64,000 nucleotides of DNA. Origin: Octopus sinensis (taxonomy: Eukaryota). Numbering within the stretch: the stretch's first letter is position 1; every line of letters starts with the position of its first letter. The stretch lies in the NCBI RefSeq assembly GCF_006345805.1, contig NC_043009.1, forward strand, positions 2,790,001 through 2,854,000. The letters are read 5' to 3'. Of this stretch, positions 41,307 through 55,585 are shown in pieces. The notes beneath the pieces were generated by a model that had not been told where the DNA came from, did no database searches, and saw only the letters and a program-made list of their open reading frames with translations. Position numbers and translations under genes: made by a program.

Positions 41307-42606
41307 GCAAATAGACAAACAAACGGACAGATAAATAGAAGGCAAGATTGACGGAATGAGAAATGCATACGCAGGAGGCCTGCTTTCGGGTAGAATTAAT
41401 GCTCCAGGTGTAACGTGACAATTTATCTCAAAGTACGTATCTGTTTGCTATGCTTTAACGTTCTTCTAACCCTGTCATGCACTTAGGTAGTGTACATTTA
41501 AACATTCGCTTTTGTTTTTGATGTTGACGAAAATTGGTACAATATTCAGGGAACGAAAGCAAAAACCTTATCATGTCGAAAATCGTTTGCAATGTGATAT
41601 ACTCAGCATATATCTTAAGCACAAAGCCTGAGCTTCTGCTAAATCCTGAAGCATTATGCTATTCGACGTACAATATACAGCAGCAAATGAATATGTTCCA
41701 TGATATACACTTATATAGAATGCTATAAGTATTTACTACATGTCATATCCTAATTCTCAGATTTGGCTACAGACCGCCGGGCCAATTTTCTTATTCCATG
41801 TAATTTGATATATACGCAAATTTTCTTCAAAGAGAAACGCTTTTAAAACCATTTTTATATTATAATATTTCCAGATATTCTATATTTCTATTTACATTTA
41901 TATAAATATGAAAAGCTAAATGTCAGAAAATAACTTTCAAATACGCCGTGGATTGTTTTGCGTGAAAGGAACTAATCCAGACAAAAGAATACAAAAAACT
42001 CATATATAAACACGAATATAGTGAAATGATATCACTGTTGATAAATATCATTTCATTTTGCTGGCGATAGATACGTGTGCACACACATACATGTGTATAT
42101 ATGCATATATATATATATATATATACATAAATGCACACATACATAAGTAGGTGTATATATGCATATGTATCTACATACATACACCCCCCACACATATATA
42201 TATATACATGCATACATACATATATATATGAGTTTCTTTACTGAGAAACACGGATGTAAAATTCTCAATAAAAAGAGACAAACCGAAAAATATAAATCAA
42301 AGACAATTTATTAGAAAAGATTATGATTGATTCCAATGCTAAGGACATCGTTGTCATTGATGAATGGCGACTTTAATCTCATACATATGGAAATATGTAG
42401 CACAATATAGAATATAATGAAAACATTTATTTTTGTTTTCTCTATATTCGCCATATTACATTTTATATTCACTATCAATCGAGATTTCCATTATTTATAG
42501 GTTTCAAAATTAGGTTAGGAGACCAATTCTGCATAGAAGAAAATTCATCATTTGAACCGATATGAAAAATAATGCATGCGTATGCGTAATGGCACATTCA
42601 TACATA

Positions 42607-42663
<57 letters not shown>

Positions 42664-42714
42664 TATATATGTATATATATATGTGTCTATATATATGTAT
42701 ATATACATAGATAC

Positions 42715-42745
<31 letters not shown>

Positions 42746-43019
42746 ATATATATATAGACATCATTGCGTGTACGTGTGGGTGTATGTAGGTGTAAAATGC
42801 ATATTTTTTATTGGCATGGATATGGATATATATGAGGATATAAATGTTCGTTCTTTATGGACTTACCTGATTATAATTTTTCTCCGTTTAAATCGTTAAT
42901 ATCTTTTTCACAAACATATTTAAGTGCTGCGCGCTCTCCTCTCAAATTTTATAACAATAAATCTATGCCTATTTATTTCGCTCTGCATTGCAAATATACG
43001 CACACATACATATGCTCAA

Positions 43020-43054
<35 letters not shown>

Positions 43055-43102
43055 TACATATACACTCACACCCACGCTCACACACTCGAAAATATATATA
43101 AG

Positions 43103-43139
<37 letters not shown>

Positions 43140-43207
43140 TCATACATATATGTATATCGTCTATGTCTGGTATGCATGAATATGTATATATGTATATATA
43201 TATTATA

Positions 43208-43290
<83 letters not shown>

Positions 43291-44020
43291 ATATATATCG
43301 GTATATGAATCAGTGTATGTACCTGTTGATTCACGTGTGCGTCTTAGTGTATCCTAATATGAATCGATGTATTTTTGTGTATTGTATTCCTTCCATTAAC
43401 ATATTATTTCGGATATAAATGTGAAACTGGGTGAAAATAATAAATGATAATTTAATGGGACGAGAAGTCTATGGTTTTTGAAGTAGAATGAGAATGGCAG
43501 CATACACAGATATACATCTGGAAGTATATATGAGTAATAGAATTCATATTGCAATTTCTCTTTATAATGGTTTAAAATTTTGGCACAAAGCCAGGCATTT
43601 CGAGGAAGAGGTAATTTATTTTATATCAACTGGTACTCATTCTATCGACCCCGAAAAGACGAAAGACAAAGACGACCCCGGTGAAATTTGAACGTGGGCC
43701 GTAAAGACAAGCGGAATGCCGCTAAGCACTTCACCCGGTTTTTGAGAAATTCTGCTGACTTACCGCCCTTCTATTTCTCTTAAAACTACTGTTAAATATT
43801 ATTGCTCTTAAGGCCAGCAGCCCTTAGAACAAGGAGCACGTCTATTACATCACGCCCGATAATTTGATTGGTACATCAATCTTAGACGATTAGTAGTTAA
43901 CGTCAACCTTGGCTGTATTTTAACTCAGAGGGTAATGGTGCAGAAGAACTACCCAATAATAATAATAATAATAATATAATAATAATAATAATATAATAAT
44001 AATAATAATAATAATAATAA

Positions 44021-46029
44021 GGATTGACTACAAAAAGGCCTTCGACAGTATACCGCATCCATGGATCTTGAGATCGCTGGACATCTTCAAAATTTCCCCT
44101 GTGATTTCAAACTTCCTGAAGCACAATATGTCGTTGTGGAATACGAATATCCAATTATACCACTCTAATGGAGTACTTGCCTCAGAAAATATAAACATCA
44201 ACTGTGGAATTTTTCAAGGTGACTCACTTTCACCTTTAATATTCTGCATAGCCCTAATACCCCTTACAAGTGAATTAAACAGAACAGGGTATGGGTATAA
44301 AATTGCCAATAAAAAAATAAGCCATCTATTTTATATGGATGACTTAAAACTTTATGGTAAAGACAATAATGAACTTGAAGGCCTATTGCGCACCGTGAAA
44401 GCACTCAGCGATGACATCGGGATGGGGTTTGGACTTAAGAAGTGTGCCAAGGTCACTTTCCAGAAAGGGAAAGTGAAGACCACAAATTCAGTCGTGTTAG
44501 ATGTTGACACAGTCATAAGAGAGCTTGAGCAAGAACAAACATACAAATATTTAGGGATAAATGAAGGCTCTGGTATTCAGCATGCAAGCATGAAAGAGAA
44601 AATCAGGAAGGAATGTTATAGGAGAGTTCGTGCAGTCCTGAAATCTGAACTAAATGCACGTAACAAGGTGTTAGTTATAAATTCCTTAGCAGTTCCAGTT
44701 GTTACTTATAGCTACAATGTGTTGAACTGGAATATGAGTGAAGTAAAGAATATAGATAGAAAAATACGCAAGCTGCTGAGTTGTAATAGGATGCACCACC
44801 CAAAGGCAGACGTAGATCGCCTTTACCTTCCCAGAGCCCAAGGAGGTCGAGGCCTGATCCAATTTGAACTAGCTTACAAAACAACCACAATTGGACTGGC
44901 CAAATATCTCGAAATATCGAATGACTGGATGCTAAAGCTTGTGGAAAATCACGAGAGACGAAAGAAGCTTCATTCTATCATAAAGGAAAGCAAAAAATTT
45001 GCTATTGATCTCGTGCAGGATACCCAAACTGAACAACCCGAGGGAAGTACGGCAACTATTGTTGCAAAGGTGAAACTGATGGCAATGAAAAAAGCGCACG
45101 AGCAATTGGCTGATAGGTGGGAGGAGAAACCTCTGCACGGCAAATATGTGACCCGCAGCAAACAAGCTGATGTTGACCAGAAGCAAACCCATCAGTGGCT
45201 ACGGAGCTCAGGGCTAAAAACAGAGAGCGAAGGTTTCATCCTGGCTGCTCAAGATCAAAGCCTATTAACCCGGAACTACCAGGCCAATGTGATGAAAAAT
45301 GGAGCAGACCCAAAATGCCGATTCTGCAACGACATTATTGAAACAGTGGACCACCTAATCTCTGGATGTAAAGTCTTAGCACCAGTGGAGTATAAATTAA
45401 GACATGACAGAGTTGGCCAATATCTCCACTGGCTAATAAGTCGGCATTACAATATCAAAACTGCCGACAAGTGCTATAATCACCACCCTGAGGCTGTAAC
45501 TCAAGGAGAAAATGTAACCATTCTGTGGGACTTTCCAGTACATACAGACCGAACCATCAAGGCCAATAAACCAGATATTGTTGTGAAAGACCAAAACAAT
45601 AAAGTTTGTATTTTGATCGACATGAGCATCCCCTGTGATCATAATATCTCAGCGAAAGAGTTTGACAAGCTCAGAAAATATAAAGGCCTACTCATTGAAA
45701 TTGAGAAAATGTGACACCTCAAGGCGGTTACAATACCAGTGATCGTAGGAGCACTAGGAATGATCAAGAAGGGAACCGAAAATTATATGAGAATGATCCC
45801 TGGCTTACCATCCCTGCAAGAAGTGAAAAAGATTGTCTTAACTGGTACATCACACGTATTGAGAAGAGCATTGTCGATGTGAGAACTGTTGCTGCTCATG
45901 TATTTTAATTTAACTTTAAAAAAAAATTTAAAAAATAGAAAAAAAATGAACGAACTACTGAGTTTGGTTTAATGGTATACTATGAGTTTCCATGCCCTAG
46001 GCGTCGGGAAGACACTCGGCAAGAAATGG
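44021..46029 (+). mobile_element. 5'-truncated R4/Dong-like retrotransposon (family B) in an (AAT)n tract
   Basis: Begins TAA|GGATTGACTAC (W-I-D-Y-K-K-A-F-D) and ends GGAAGACACTCGGCAAGAAATGG|AATAAT. (AAT)n on both sides. Confidence 0.92.
44023..45882 (+). pseudogene. Family B RT-CCHC-RLE reading frame with one premature stop
   Basis: IDYKKAFDSIPHPW, GIFQGDSLSPLIF, HLFYMDDLKLY, CRFCNDIIETVDHLISGC, RHD, KPDIV..LIDMSIP. TGA at 45712-45714 sits where family A has Trp (MW). The frame continues HLKAVTIPVIVGALGMIKK...HVLRRALSM to a stop at 45880-45882. Confidence 0.88.
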
Positions 46030-46053
46030 AATAATAATAATAATAATAATAAT

Positions 46054-46542
46054 GTTAAAGTGGTACGAGCATACACCCGAAGGCATCATCGAAATGGATA
46101 ATGCAAAAACCTATGGGATTTTATGATTTAGGGCGACCATGAGATAGAGAATAAGAAACCAGACATAGTGTAATTGAGAAAGAAAGCAAACGATGCTGGA
46201 TATAGATATAGCATGCCCATCTGACATTAGATTATGCGATAAAGAAGAAAAATATCAAAAGATATTACAGGTTTGGGATGTTAAGCAGTTGGGTCACTGC
46301 AAAAGGTGGTAGAATTATCAATAAGTGTCGGAGCCTAAGGAACAGTGAGTAAAAATCATTGTGAGGCACTTGTAAAAAATAGGGGCTGCAATAAGGGTGA
46401 AGCACTTGCAGAAAACAACACTGCTTGGAACCACTCTAATACTCCGGATGGCACTCAAACAATAAGGCGTGTTACCTTACTTTACTTGTAGTGAACAACT
46501 GACACCGTAGTACATCTCCAGGGCTAGAAACTGTGCAAAGGC
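46054..46542 (+). mobile_element. Degenerate 3' fragment of an R4-like family C element (RLE plus 3' UTR)
   Basis: KWYEHTPEGII, WDFMI.GDHEIENKKPDIV with stops and frameshifts. Ends TGTGCAAAGGC|AATAAT. TATGGGATTTTATGATTT is shared with the reverse complement of 26307-26340. Confidence 0.75.
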
Positions 46543-46599
46543 AATAATATAATAAAAAAAAAATAATAAGTAGGCTTGGTCATCATCAAGCTACTGCTG

Positions 46600-46860
46600 A
46601 ACATCAGTAGAGCGAGAAAGAGATTAAAATGAATGGAGAACAACAGATTGTTGTTAGAATGCTGTGTTAGGAGCAAACCAGCGAAAATATTATATAGGAA
46701 CAGTTTATTAGAGATCTGGAAAAAATATCACTATGAAGAACTGAAGGATGTGAATGAACTAAGTTTGGCTTATCAGATCAAGGAAATTAAGACCAACATA
46801 TGCTTAGAAAAGATAGAAAAAGAGGTGATAATAATGGCAGGGAGAAATGAACTGCAATGA
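46600..46860 (+). mobile_element. Degenerate N-terminal (Myb-like) fragment of an R4-like ORF
   Basis: ORF 46633-46860 (ENNRLLLECCVRSKP..YRNSLLEIWK..ELSLAYQIKEIK) resembles the N-terminal region of R4-type ORFs. Recognised by pattern only. Confidence 0.45.
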
Positions 46861-47637
46861 ACTATAGGCCCATAAGAAATTCACATACAACAAGAGATTC
46901 GACAAGGCTGGGGCATACAGGTAGTGAATCTGGAATATACAGAAACCATTAGTGTACTTCGAAATAGAGAAGCACCGGAAGAAATTATCCCAGAACTAGC
47001 TAAAAATTATTACAAGGGTTTCAAATTTTAGCAAAACTTCAGCATTTTTTTTCGCAATGGAATAATAGATGACATCGAACCTAATTTACAGCTGGTACTT
47101 ACATCACCGTTCCCAAAAAGATGAAACGCGAAGTCGGTGTTTGTATTCTGTCCCCGAAGACAAATTTGTTATAGTGGATTTGAAACGAGATTCTGAAATG
47201 ATATAAATAAATATACATTTGTATTTACATCGATTCTACTAACCACATTCCTCTAAAAACGATTAATATTAAAGTATATATGAATAAATATTAGAAAAAC
47301 TATTTTAAATACTAGCTGATAAAATCTCATGGATTTTATTGAAGAGACATCAATCTATTTCACCGCTGTATTATAGGTCAATATATTCGATTTAAACCAA
47401 TCAGTATTTTCGTGTTTGATCATATTTGTGGGATTATCTTCCGTTGATTAATTCGCAAAATGATTGATTTATATTTTAGTACTGTTTATAGAATTGAAAT
47501 GTGTATAATTTTTTCCAAAGTAAATGAGAAAAACAAAACATATTTTCTCCATCACAAGAAGAAATGATTATTATTTATTATCCGTTTCTCAATGTGCACA
47601 TCAATCATTATTCATCTATCACACACACACACACACA

Positions 47638-47684
<47 letters not shown>

Positions 47685-47769
47685 GTATGTGTTGGGTATC
47701 TGTGTATAATAATTGGGATATGAATGTTCAAACAGCACAACCAATAACTGGCATTTAAACATGTAGGTA

Positions 47770-48142
47770 TACTCTTTTACTTATTTCAGTCATTTCACTG
47801 TGGCCATACTGGAGCACCCAGGACCTATTCTTTGTAAATCTAGTACTTATTCTATCGGTCTCTTTTGCTGAACCGCTAACTTACGGGAACTTAAACATCG
47901 GTTGTCAAGCGATGTTGGGGGGACAATCACAGAAGCACAAACATATACATAGACTTATGTATATATATATATATATATTATATATATATATACGACGGGC
48001 TTCTTTCAGTTTCCATCTACCAAATCCACACACAGAGCTTTGGTTGACCCGAGGCTACAGGAGAAGACAGTAGCCTCAGACACTGAACCCGGAACCATGT
48101 GATTGATAAGCAAGCTACTTACCACACAGCCACTCCTACGCT
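47770..48142 (-). mobile_element. tRNA-like SINE family A
   Basis: Reverse complement of the family A SINE. Confidence 0.78.
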
Positions 48143-48850
48143 TAAGACTGTATGGAGAAGACAGGCGTTATAATTCACACATAATTTTTTTTAATGTGCA
48201 GTTTCATATTTTCCTGAATACACGTAAAAAATGAAACAAAGGAAGCAAGATTGGTGATAAACTAACTGGATATATCCTACATTCATTTCCTTTTGAATAT
48301 ATATAAAACGTACAATACATGAGAAAATTACTTCGTATTATCATTAGAGAAATGCTACTCATATACTTAGTATTATTTATGGATTAATGTCATTGCTACA
48401 AGCAAAATATAAGCAAACAACCGATAGTTATTAGAGCATCCTGTCATTAGGTTTTCAGTTTACATACGTAAAATTGTACGTGTTTGTCATTATGTGCATG
48501 TTTGTGAATAGGTTTGGTTCTGCGTTTGGCGTCAATCTATTCCTATACGAACTCAGGTTTTAAAGATTTGTACAAGCATTTTGGTGTGGCGTCTCCTCTT
48601 CTGGTACCGAGATAGAACAGAGCACCACAGCGAGCAACCAGTCATTCAATGATGACGGGAAGAACATAAGTGTGACACACACAAACACACTCATACACAC
48701 ACGCACACGCATTCAGACCACGGAACATCACAAAACTAAACACTAATATCTCAGCTTAATAATATTGTACGTTTAGAATTTTACAAAAAAACGGGGGAAA
48801 TCCAATAATCCAGCATCAATGTAAGTAATCGCCACAACCCTTGAATTCAT

Positions 48851-48907
48851 ATGTTGTACTTTTCTAAAATGTTGTACTTTTCTAAAATGTTGGACTTTTC
48901 TAAAATG
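48851..48907. repeat. Minisatellite, 3 x 18 bp
   Basis: ATGTTGTACTTTTCTAAA three times, with one substitution. Confidence 0.9.
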
Positions 48908-49528
48908 AAGCACGACTCAGAGTAACTTGAGTAAAGCATGTTCAATTCACAAGGAAGCATGACAAATATGTATTTCCATTTTACCCCTCATTAGCTATGG
49001 ATATCACTATGGTTTCCACATCTGGGTAGTACCACTCAATCCCGCTTTATTAAAACATAAACGCGGTTTGGGAATCAATAATAATTAGTAAAAAGGAAAC
49101 ATTAAAATAGTATTTCCGCTACGTCAACACCTACACATTGCTATAAGAAACAACATCAAAGAAAGCAATTAGTATTAAAATATATAAAAGAAAAACTGTA
49201 AATTCAAACAAAGAACGTCTTCCCAAAATGGCGAATTTTGTTCCTGATGTTTAAGATTATCAAAATATAATACAATACCTTTATACGTATACAACTTGAA
49301 AATATACGCTTTGTTTACTATTTAATGAAAGAAATACTTATTGAACAAACGTCATATTTTACGTATATAGTTCACTGTTCATTATAAGCATTTCCGAAAT
49401 GCTTCTTACTTGCCCTGGTGATGGTTTATTTACGTCCAATAAAGCATTGCGAGCAAAATTTTGGGAAATCTCTCAAAATCATCATCATCGTCATCTTGTA
49501 TTACTTTTAATGTTATAGATAATTATAT

Positions 49529-49562
<34 letters not shown>

Positions 49563-51999
49563 CATTCACACACGCACATGCATACATATATACATGTATC
49601 TGTGAAGCATTATGGAGAACATTGCAGTCCTATACACAGTTGAACGACTGAATGTATTACAAATATACGGCATTACTTCTAATTCTTCGTAAGTTATACA
49701 TATATATTATGCCGACGCTATTCTATTTGATTTCTCTTTCACAAACTTAGACATTTATCTGCTTTGCACTTTATATACAAGCAGTATATTTTAGTGCAAC
49801 ATTAACGAGTCATTTATTATTGAATGGATTGATTCTGCAGAGGAAATATGACTGGATAATTTTCTACTTTTATCTAATGGAAGAAAGTACATTCTCGAAA
49901 CGTTCGGTGGTGTCGTGGAACATAATCGTCAATCATTACTTTCTTTGTGATTTATTTATTAATTTCCGTTCGGTTATTAGCCATTTATCTTCAGATAAGA
50001 TGCAAATGAAGGCACACATTCTTAAAAGTAGATAATGACATATATGAATACATATACAAATAAGACCCAATATTAATACGGATCATACTCAGACAGTTAG
50101 TCAGTAATCCTAATTTTCTACGGATGTAATTCCGTCAAATTGATTGAAAATATTTTAATATTAGGACTTAAATATATCGAATGATATTTAGTTCCACAAT
50201 GGCGGTCGCTACTAGGAAATAAAATATCAAAAACAAAAAAATAAAACGAAAACAATTATCGTTTCTATCGGAGTCAGACAACTGCATATTGCCTATGATT
50301 TGTAGCGGATAAAATGCCTTGGTATCTATGCGTCATGTGACCTTATTACAGAATGTTAAGTAATTAAACGCCTCATATAGCAAACTGTTCGACCATTCTT
50401 GTTAACATTGACGCAAGGTCACACAATATGGCAGCGCAAATATTCGACTGAAACATCTGGGCCTTATGCTCTCCATCCTTTTTATGAAACGTTATATCTT
50501 GTATCTCTATGCTTGAAAATGTAGATTCGTTTGGAAAATTTATAAATGATCTCTGTATCAAAACTAATAACATCCGTATTAGCTTTTACATAATTTACGT
50601 AAGCATTCTACTTGTCAAAACACGGTTATCTTTCAATTACAAGTTGCGTGTGTCATCTCGTGTCTCTCCGAGTAAACAGAGTATTAAACTAACCCGATAC
50701 CTACTGACCCATTTTAGGATATAATCCAAGTTCTTCACTTCAATCTGCAATTGAATAACATTTCTAGTCATTAAGATGCCTTATATTCTCTATTTGTTTT
50801 TTCAAAGATATTATTTGAGTGCTGCCTGCACATAACGGAAATGGTGCTGTACCTCTTCCATATTTTAGACCGCCATGTAAACATGTATGTATATTCACTT
50901 TTACACGGCGGTTATTATGACTAAAAATATCGAATTTATGTGGTCTCAGCATTTACAATTCATTGTATATTTATGATGCGACAATGTATGATTGGAGGGA
51001 TATTTGGTTGCTGCTTTTAATAATTTGTGTACACTGAGTTTTCTGTTTATATTTTATTGCAACTGTTATTTTTGCGATTGGTAAACGTAGCCACTGGGAT
51101 TATTGCAGGTTTTATTGAAAATGCTTTAAAATTTCAGACACTTTTCTTAAAAGTATTGCAAAAATTGGTAGAATGACGAACAGATTAACAGTCATTTTAT
51201 TTTTATATATAAACGTCGCTCTCTTTTCGTGATCCCATGACTTTCATAATTCGATGGAAGCAAATGAGTACGAATTAAATATTGTACTACACTTTATTGC
51301 GTTTGCTTTAGGTCTGTGTATGCATGAGTATGGTAGAGATTATTATTGGTATTTTGAGCGTTGATATCTAATATTGAACTAAACTCACTATATAAGAAAA
51401 TTACCCGCATTACACGATTCTATAGCCATTAATATTCAAAGGAGACGGCTTCCAAAACTCATTACAGGGATCAACACTGTTACCGGAGGAAAAATGTTGA
51501 AAGGATTTTCTGTCGTTAAGGTTGGCCCCATTGATCAACGACTATGAAGAATAGAGATATTTTGATTGCAAGATTATTTGGTAATATTCTCAGAAATCTG
51601 AACTCTATGAATATCTTGTCATCGATAAAAGTAAAATTATGCTATTAAATAGTCAAACGTGTTTTCTAAAGACAATTATAATAATAAAATATATGTCGTT
51701 GACGTAAATACAACCTCAAAATCTTATATAATCAGGAAAGATTGGGCGTGCCGTTAAATGTACGGCTACCGGTGCATGAATTAAAGCGCTATGTAGATTA
51801 ACATCATCTTGTCAGCGACTATTATAGTGGTTAGTCAGTCACAGTTTTTGGCCATTCCTATGGTGATCCGTTGCAGTTCAGCATCGAAATGCACTTGGAA
51901 TGCATGATTCGAAACACCTACAGTGGTGTAACGTACGCAGGAAATAAATCTGCGTTTATTTTAATTTCCACGATATGTATTATGTATATATATATATAT

Positions 52000-52037
<38 letters not shown>

Positions 52038-52095
52038 GTATGCGTGCATGTAAGTGTGTGACAGTATAATTTCTCTATCTCTCTCTCACACACAC

Positions 52096-52147
<52 letters not shown>

Positions 52148-53449
52148 ATATATATATATATATCTATATATATATATATAGCTCTAAGGAATCTGTAAAC
52201 CTGCTCATTAACCCCTCCTAAAATTCCTTCTACTACAGTCACACGGCCTAATATTCTAGGTCTCACTGACCTATTGATACTTCTTTTATTGATCGCAAAA
52301 TATTAAACGCAAAATCGACCTAGGTGGTATTGAACACGGAATGTAAAGCTAGAAGAGATGACGTTAATCGTTTCGTCAGGCGTACAAAGTATTTCATCAG
52401 ATCTCCGCCTTCAACTCACCGACTAATAATCATTTCTCATAAAAGCATAGGGCCTGATGTTTTGCAGAAGGCAGATAGGCGACTACATTGGTCCCAGTTC
52501 TCGACTGGTACTTATTTCATGGAATCTCCGAAAGGAAGAGGAGAGATAATTCGACTTAGGCTGAAGTTGAACGCACGAACATTCAGTCAGAAAAAAATTG
52601 CTGTTAAGGAGATTGCTCGGTTGCTTAATTAGGCTGTGAGCGCGCCGCCTATAAACATCACCTGATAATTCTAAAACGTTCAGCTCAACACGTAAACGTA
52701 ATTTATATTGTTGCGAGGTGTGTCTGATGAATATCTGACATGTCTGAAACAAAGAGTTAAAATTAAGATCACTACCACATCTACCAGACACGGGTTATCG
52801 GGCTGCACGTTACTTGATGTAAATAATTAAACAGATAGTGTCCCTTAAATACAAGGGGATTATGTTTCACCATTATTCTTGATGAAATTATATTATCTAT
52901 ACTTAATTTCCTCAGAAAATAAAGACGAATATGTTTAAAGTCATATACTGAAAAATTAAGGCGTGATAAATATCAACGGATATTAAAAACGTATAAGATT
53001 AAAACAAAACAAATACAAACAGAATGAAGCAGACATTTTTTAGGAAAAAAACAACATATAAAAAAAAAATTAAGTTTTGACATTTGTTTCCTTTATAACA
53101 ATTGAAAAGAAAATTTTAATTATAAAAGTGAAGTTCATCGTAGACATATCCGAACAATTAATATTGATGTTTAAAATCAGAGATGTCTGTGAAAATGAAG
53201 AGAAATAATGACTATGGAAAATGTACATATATACGTATATATGTGTGTGTATATGTGTGTATGTGTGTGTGTGCATATGTGTATGTGTGCGCATGTGTGC
53301 ACGTGTGTCTGTGTGTGCGTACGTATATATAAGGACAAATATATATATATATATATGTTTTTTATGTGTTCGTGAGTTTGTGTGTATACACTCATCGTTA
53401 CTTCAATTAACTCTTTTGCTATCTATAGAAAATCTGCAATGTGAGTGGC

Positions 53450-53510
<61 letters not shown>

Positions 53511-53513
<3 letters not shown>

Positions 53514-53939
53514 CTTTTCTAATATAGGCAAAATGACTAATTTTTTTTTCGGAGAGAGGACAGTCGATTATATCAACTCCTGTGCCTAACTGGCACTTTT
53601 TCCATCGACCAAAAATGTTTCAAAGGCAAAGTCGACTACGGTGCAATTTGAATTTAGAACGTAACGGCAGAGGAAATACCTATTTCTTTACTACCCACAA
53701 GGGGCTAAACACAGGGATGAGAAACAAGGACAGACAAACGGATTAAGTCGATTATATCGACCCCAGTGCGTAACTGGTACTTATTTAATCGAACCCGAAA
53801 GGATGAAAGGCAAAATCGATTCGGCGGAACTTGAACTCAGAACGTAGCAGCAGACGAAATACCTATTTATTTACTACCCACAAGAGGCTAAACAAGAGGC
53901 TAAGGCGTGGTAGCGATTCTTCGAGCTCGAGACCGCCTT
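53511..53939 (-). mobile_element. SINE family B tandem array
   Basis: CCTATTT repeats at 53679 and 53862. Degenerate head at 53905-53939. The 3' end runs into (ATT)n in element sense. Confidence 0.72.
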
Positions 53940-54019
53940 AATAATACAACTACTACTACTACTACTACTAATAATAATAATAATGATAATAATAATAATA
54001 ATGATGATGATGATAATAC

Positions 54020-54079
<60 letters not shown>

Positions 54080-54149
54080 TAATAATAATAATAATAATGA
54101 TGATGATGATAATAATAATAATGATGATGATAATAATAATAATAATAAG

Positions 54150-54180
<31 letters not shown>

Positions 54181-54203
54181 TGATAATAAAATATAATAAA
54201 ATG

Positions 54204-54244
<41 letters not shown>

Positions 54245-54444
54245 CAAAGCCCCGGATTTAGGACACAGTCCCAGCAACTTAGGACCGCCTTTATACTACT
54301 ACTACTACTACTAATAATAATATAATATAATAATAACAATAAATAATAATAATGATGATGATGATGATAATAATAAAAATGATGATGATAATAATAATAA
54401 TGATGATGATATAATAATAATAAAATAATAATAAAATAATAATA

Positions 54445-54482
<38 letters not shown>

Positions 54483-54641
54483 TCCCCGGATTTAGACACA
54501 GTCCCAGCAACTTAGGACCGCCTTTAATTACTATACTACTACTAATAATAATAATAATAATAATATAATAACAATAATAATAAGAATGATGATGATGATG
54601 ATAATAATAAAAAAATGATGATGATAATAAATAATGATGAT

Positions 54642-54672
<31 letters not shown>

Positions 54673-54688
54673 TAATAATAATAATACC

Positions 54689-54721
<33 letters not shown>

Positions 54722-54757
54722 TCCCCGGATTTAGACACAGTTCCAGCAACTTAGGAC
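53931..54757. repeat. Tandem triplication of a ~234-239-bp unit (45-bp core plus AAT/GAT microsatellite)
   Basis: CCCCGGATTTAG(G)ACACAGTCCCAGCAACTTAGGAC at 54250, 54484 and 54723, with similar microsatellite spacers. Confidence 0.85.
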
Positions 54758-55167
54758 ATGTGTGAACCAATAGCTTCCCTCCTGTGCTGAAAAAACAAAG
54801 ACACACACACACACACACACACACATGCACACACACATACACACACACGCACACATACACACACACAAGCATATATATGTACAAAAACTTGTGATGTCTG
54901 AATTCGAGTTTAAAACATAATGACAGAGCTCATAGATTAATAAAACCAACAAATAAAAAAGGACATTACATAGTATATCTGTTGAGGATGTCCCCCCACC
55001 CTTTGGATTATTAGCATCTCCTTTAAACAATGATGTAAAATACTCTATACTTTTCTAAAGCTGGTAAGCTCAAGGAATATTCCATGTTAATATTAGGTTA
55101 GTAAAGGCGGAGATCAAGCGGAATCGTTAGCAAAACAGGTTGCCTCTCATGCTTTCGGTGTCGATAA

Positions 55168-55585
55168 AGACGTAGGAGTGGTTGTGTGGTAATTAGCTTG
55201 CTTATGAACCATATGGTTCCGGGTTCGGTCCTACTGCGCGACAACTAGGGCAAGCGTCTTCTACTATAGCCTCGGGCCGACCAAAGCCTTGTGAGTGGAT
55301 TTGGTAGACAGAAACTGAAAGAATCCCATCGCATATATGTATACATATATATGTTTGTGTGTGTGTATGTTTACGTGTGTCTGTTTGTCCCTCCAACATC
55401 GCTTGACAACCGATGCTGCTGTGTTTACGTCCCCGTAACTTAGCGGTTCGTCAAAAGAGAGCGATGGAATAAGTACTAGGCTTCCAAAGAATAATTCCTG
55501 CGGTCGATTTGTTCGACTAAAGGCAGTGCTCCAGCATGGCCACAGTCAAATGACTGAAGCAAGTAAAAGAGTAAAAGAGTAAAGT
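55168..55585 (+). mobile_element. tRNA-like SINE family A
   Basis: Head, body and AAAAGAGT tail as in 3845-4258. Confidence 0.8.

Noticed and set aside
48564-48746. Short frame RFVQAFWCGVSSSGTEIEQ... resembling a receptor C-tail
   Set aside because: Only ~60 codons, a weak acceptor, it runs into a CA repeat, and no upstream exons were found.
54250-54757. CRISPR-like repeat-spacer appearance
   Set aside because: Spacers are related microsatellites of ~190 bp, the genome is eukaryotic and there are no cas genes. Tandem duplication explains it.
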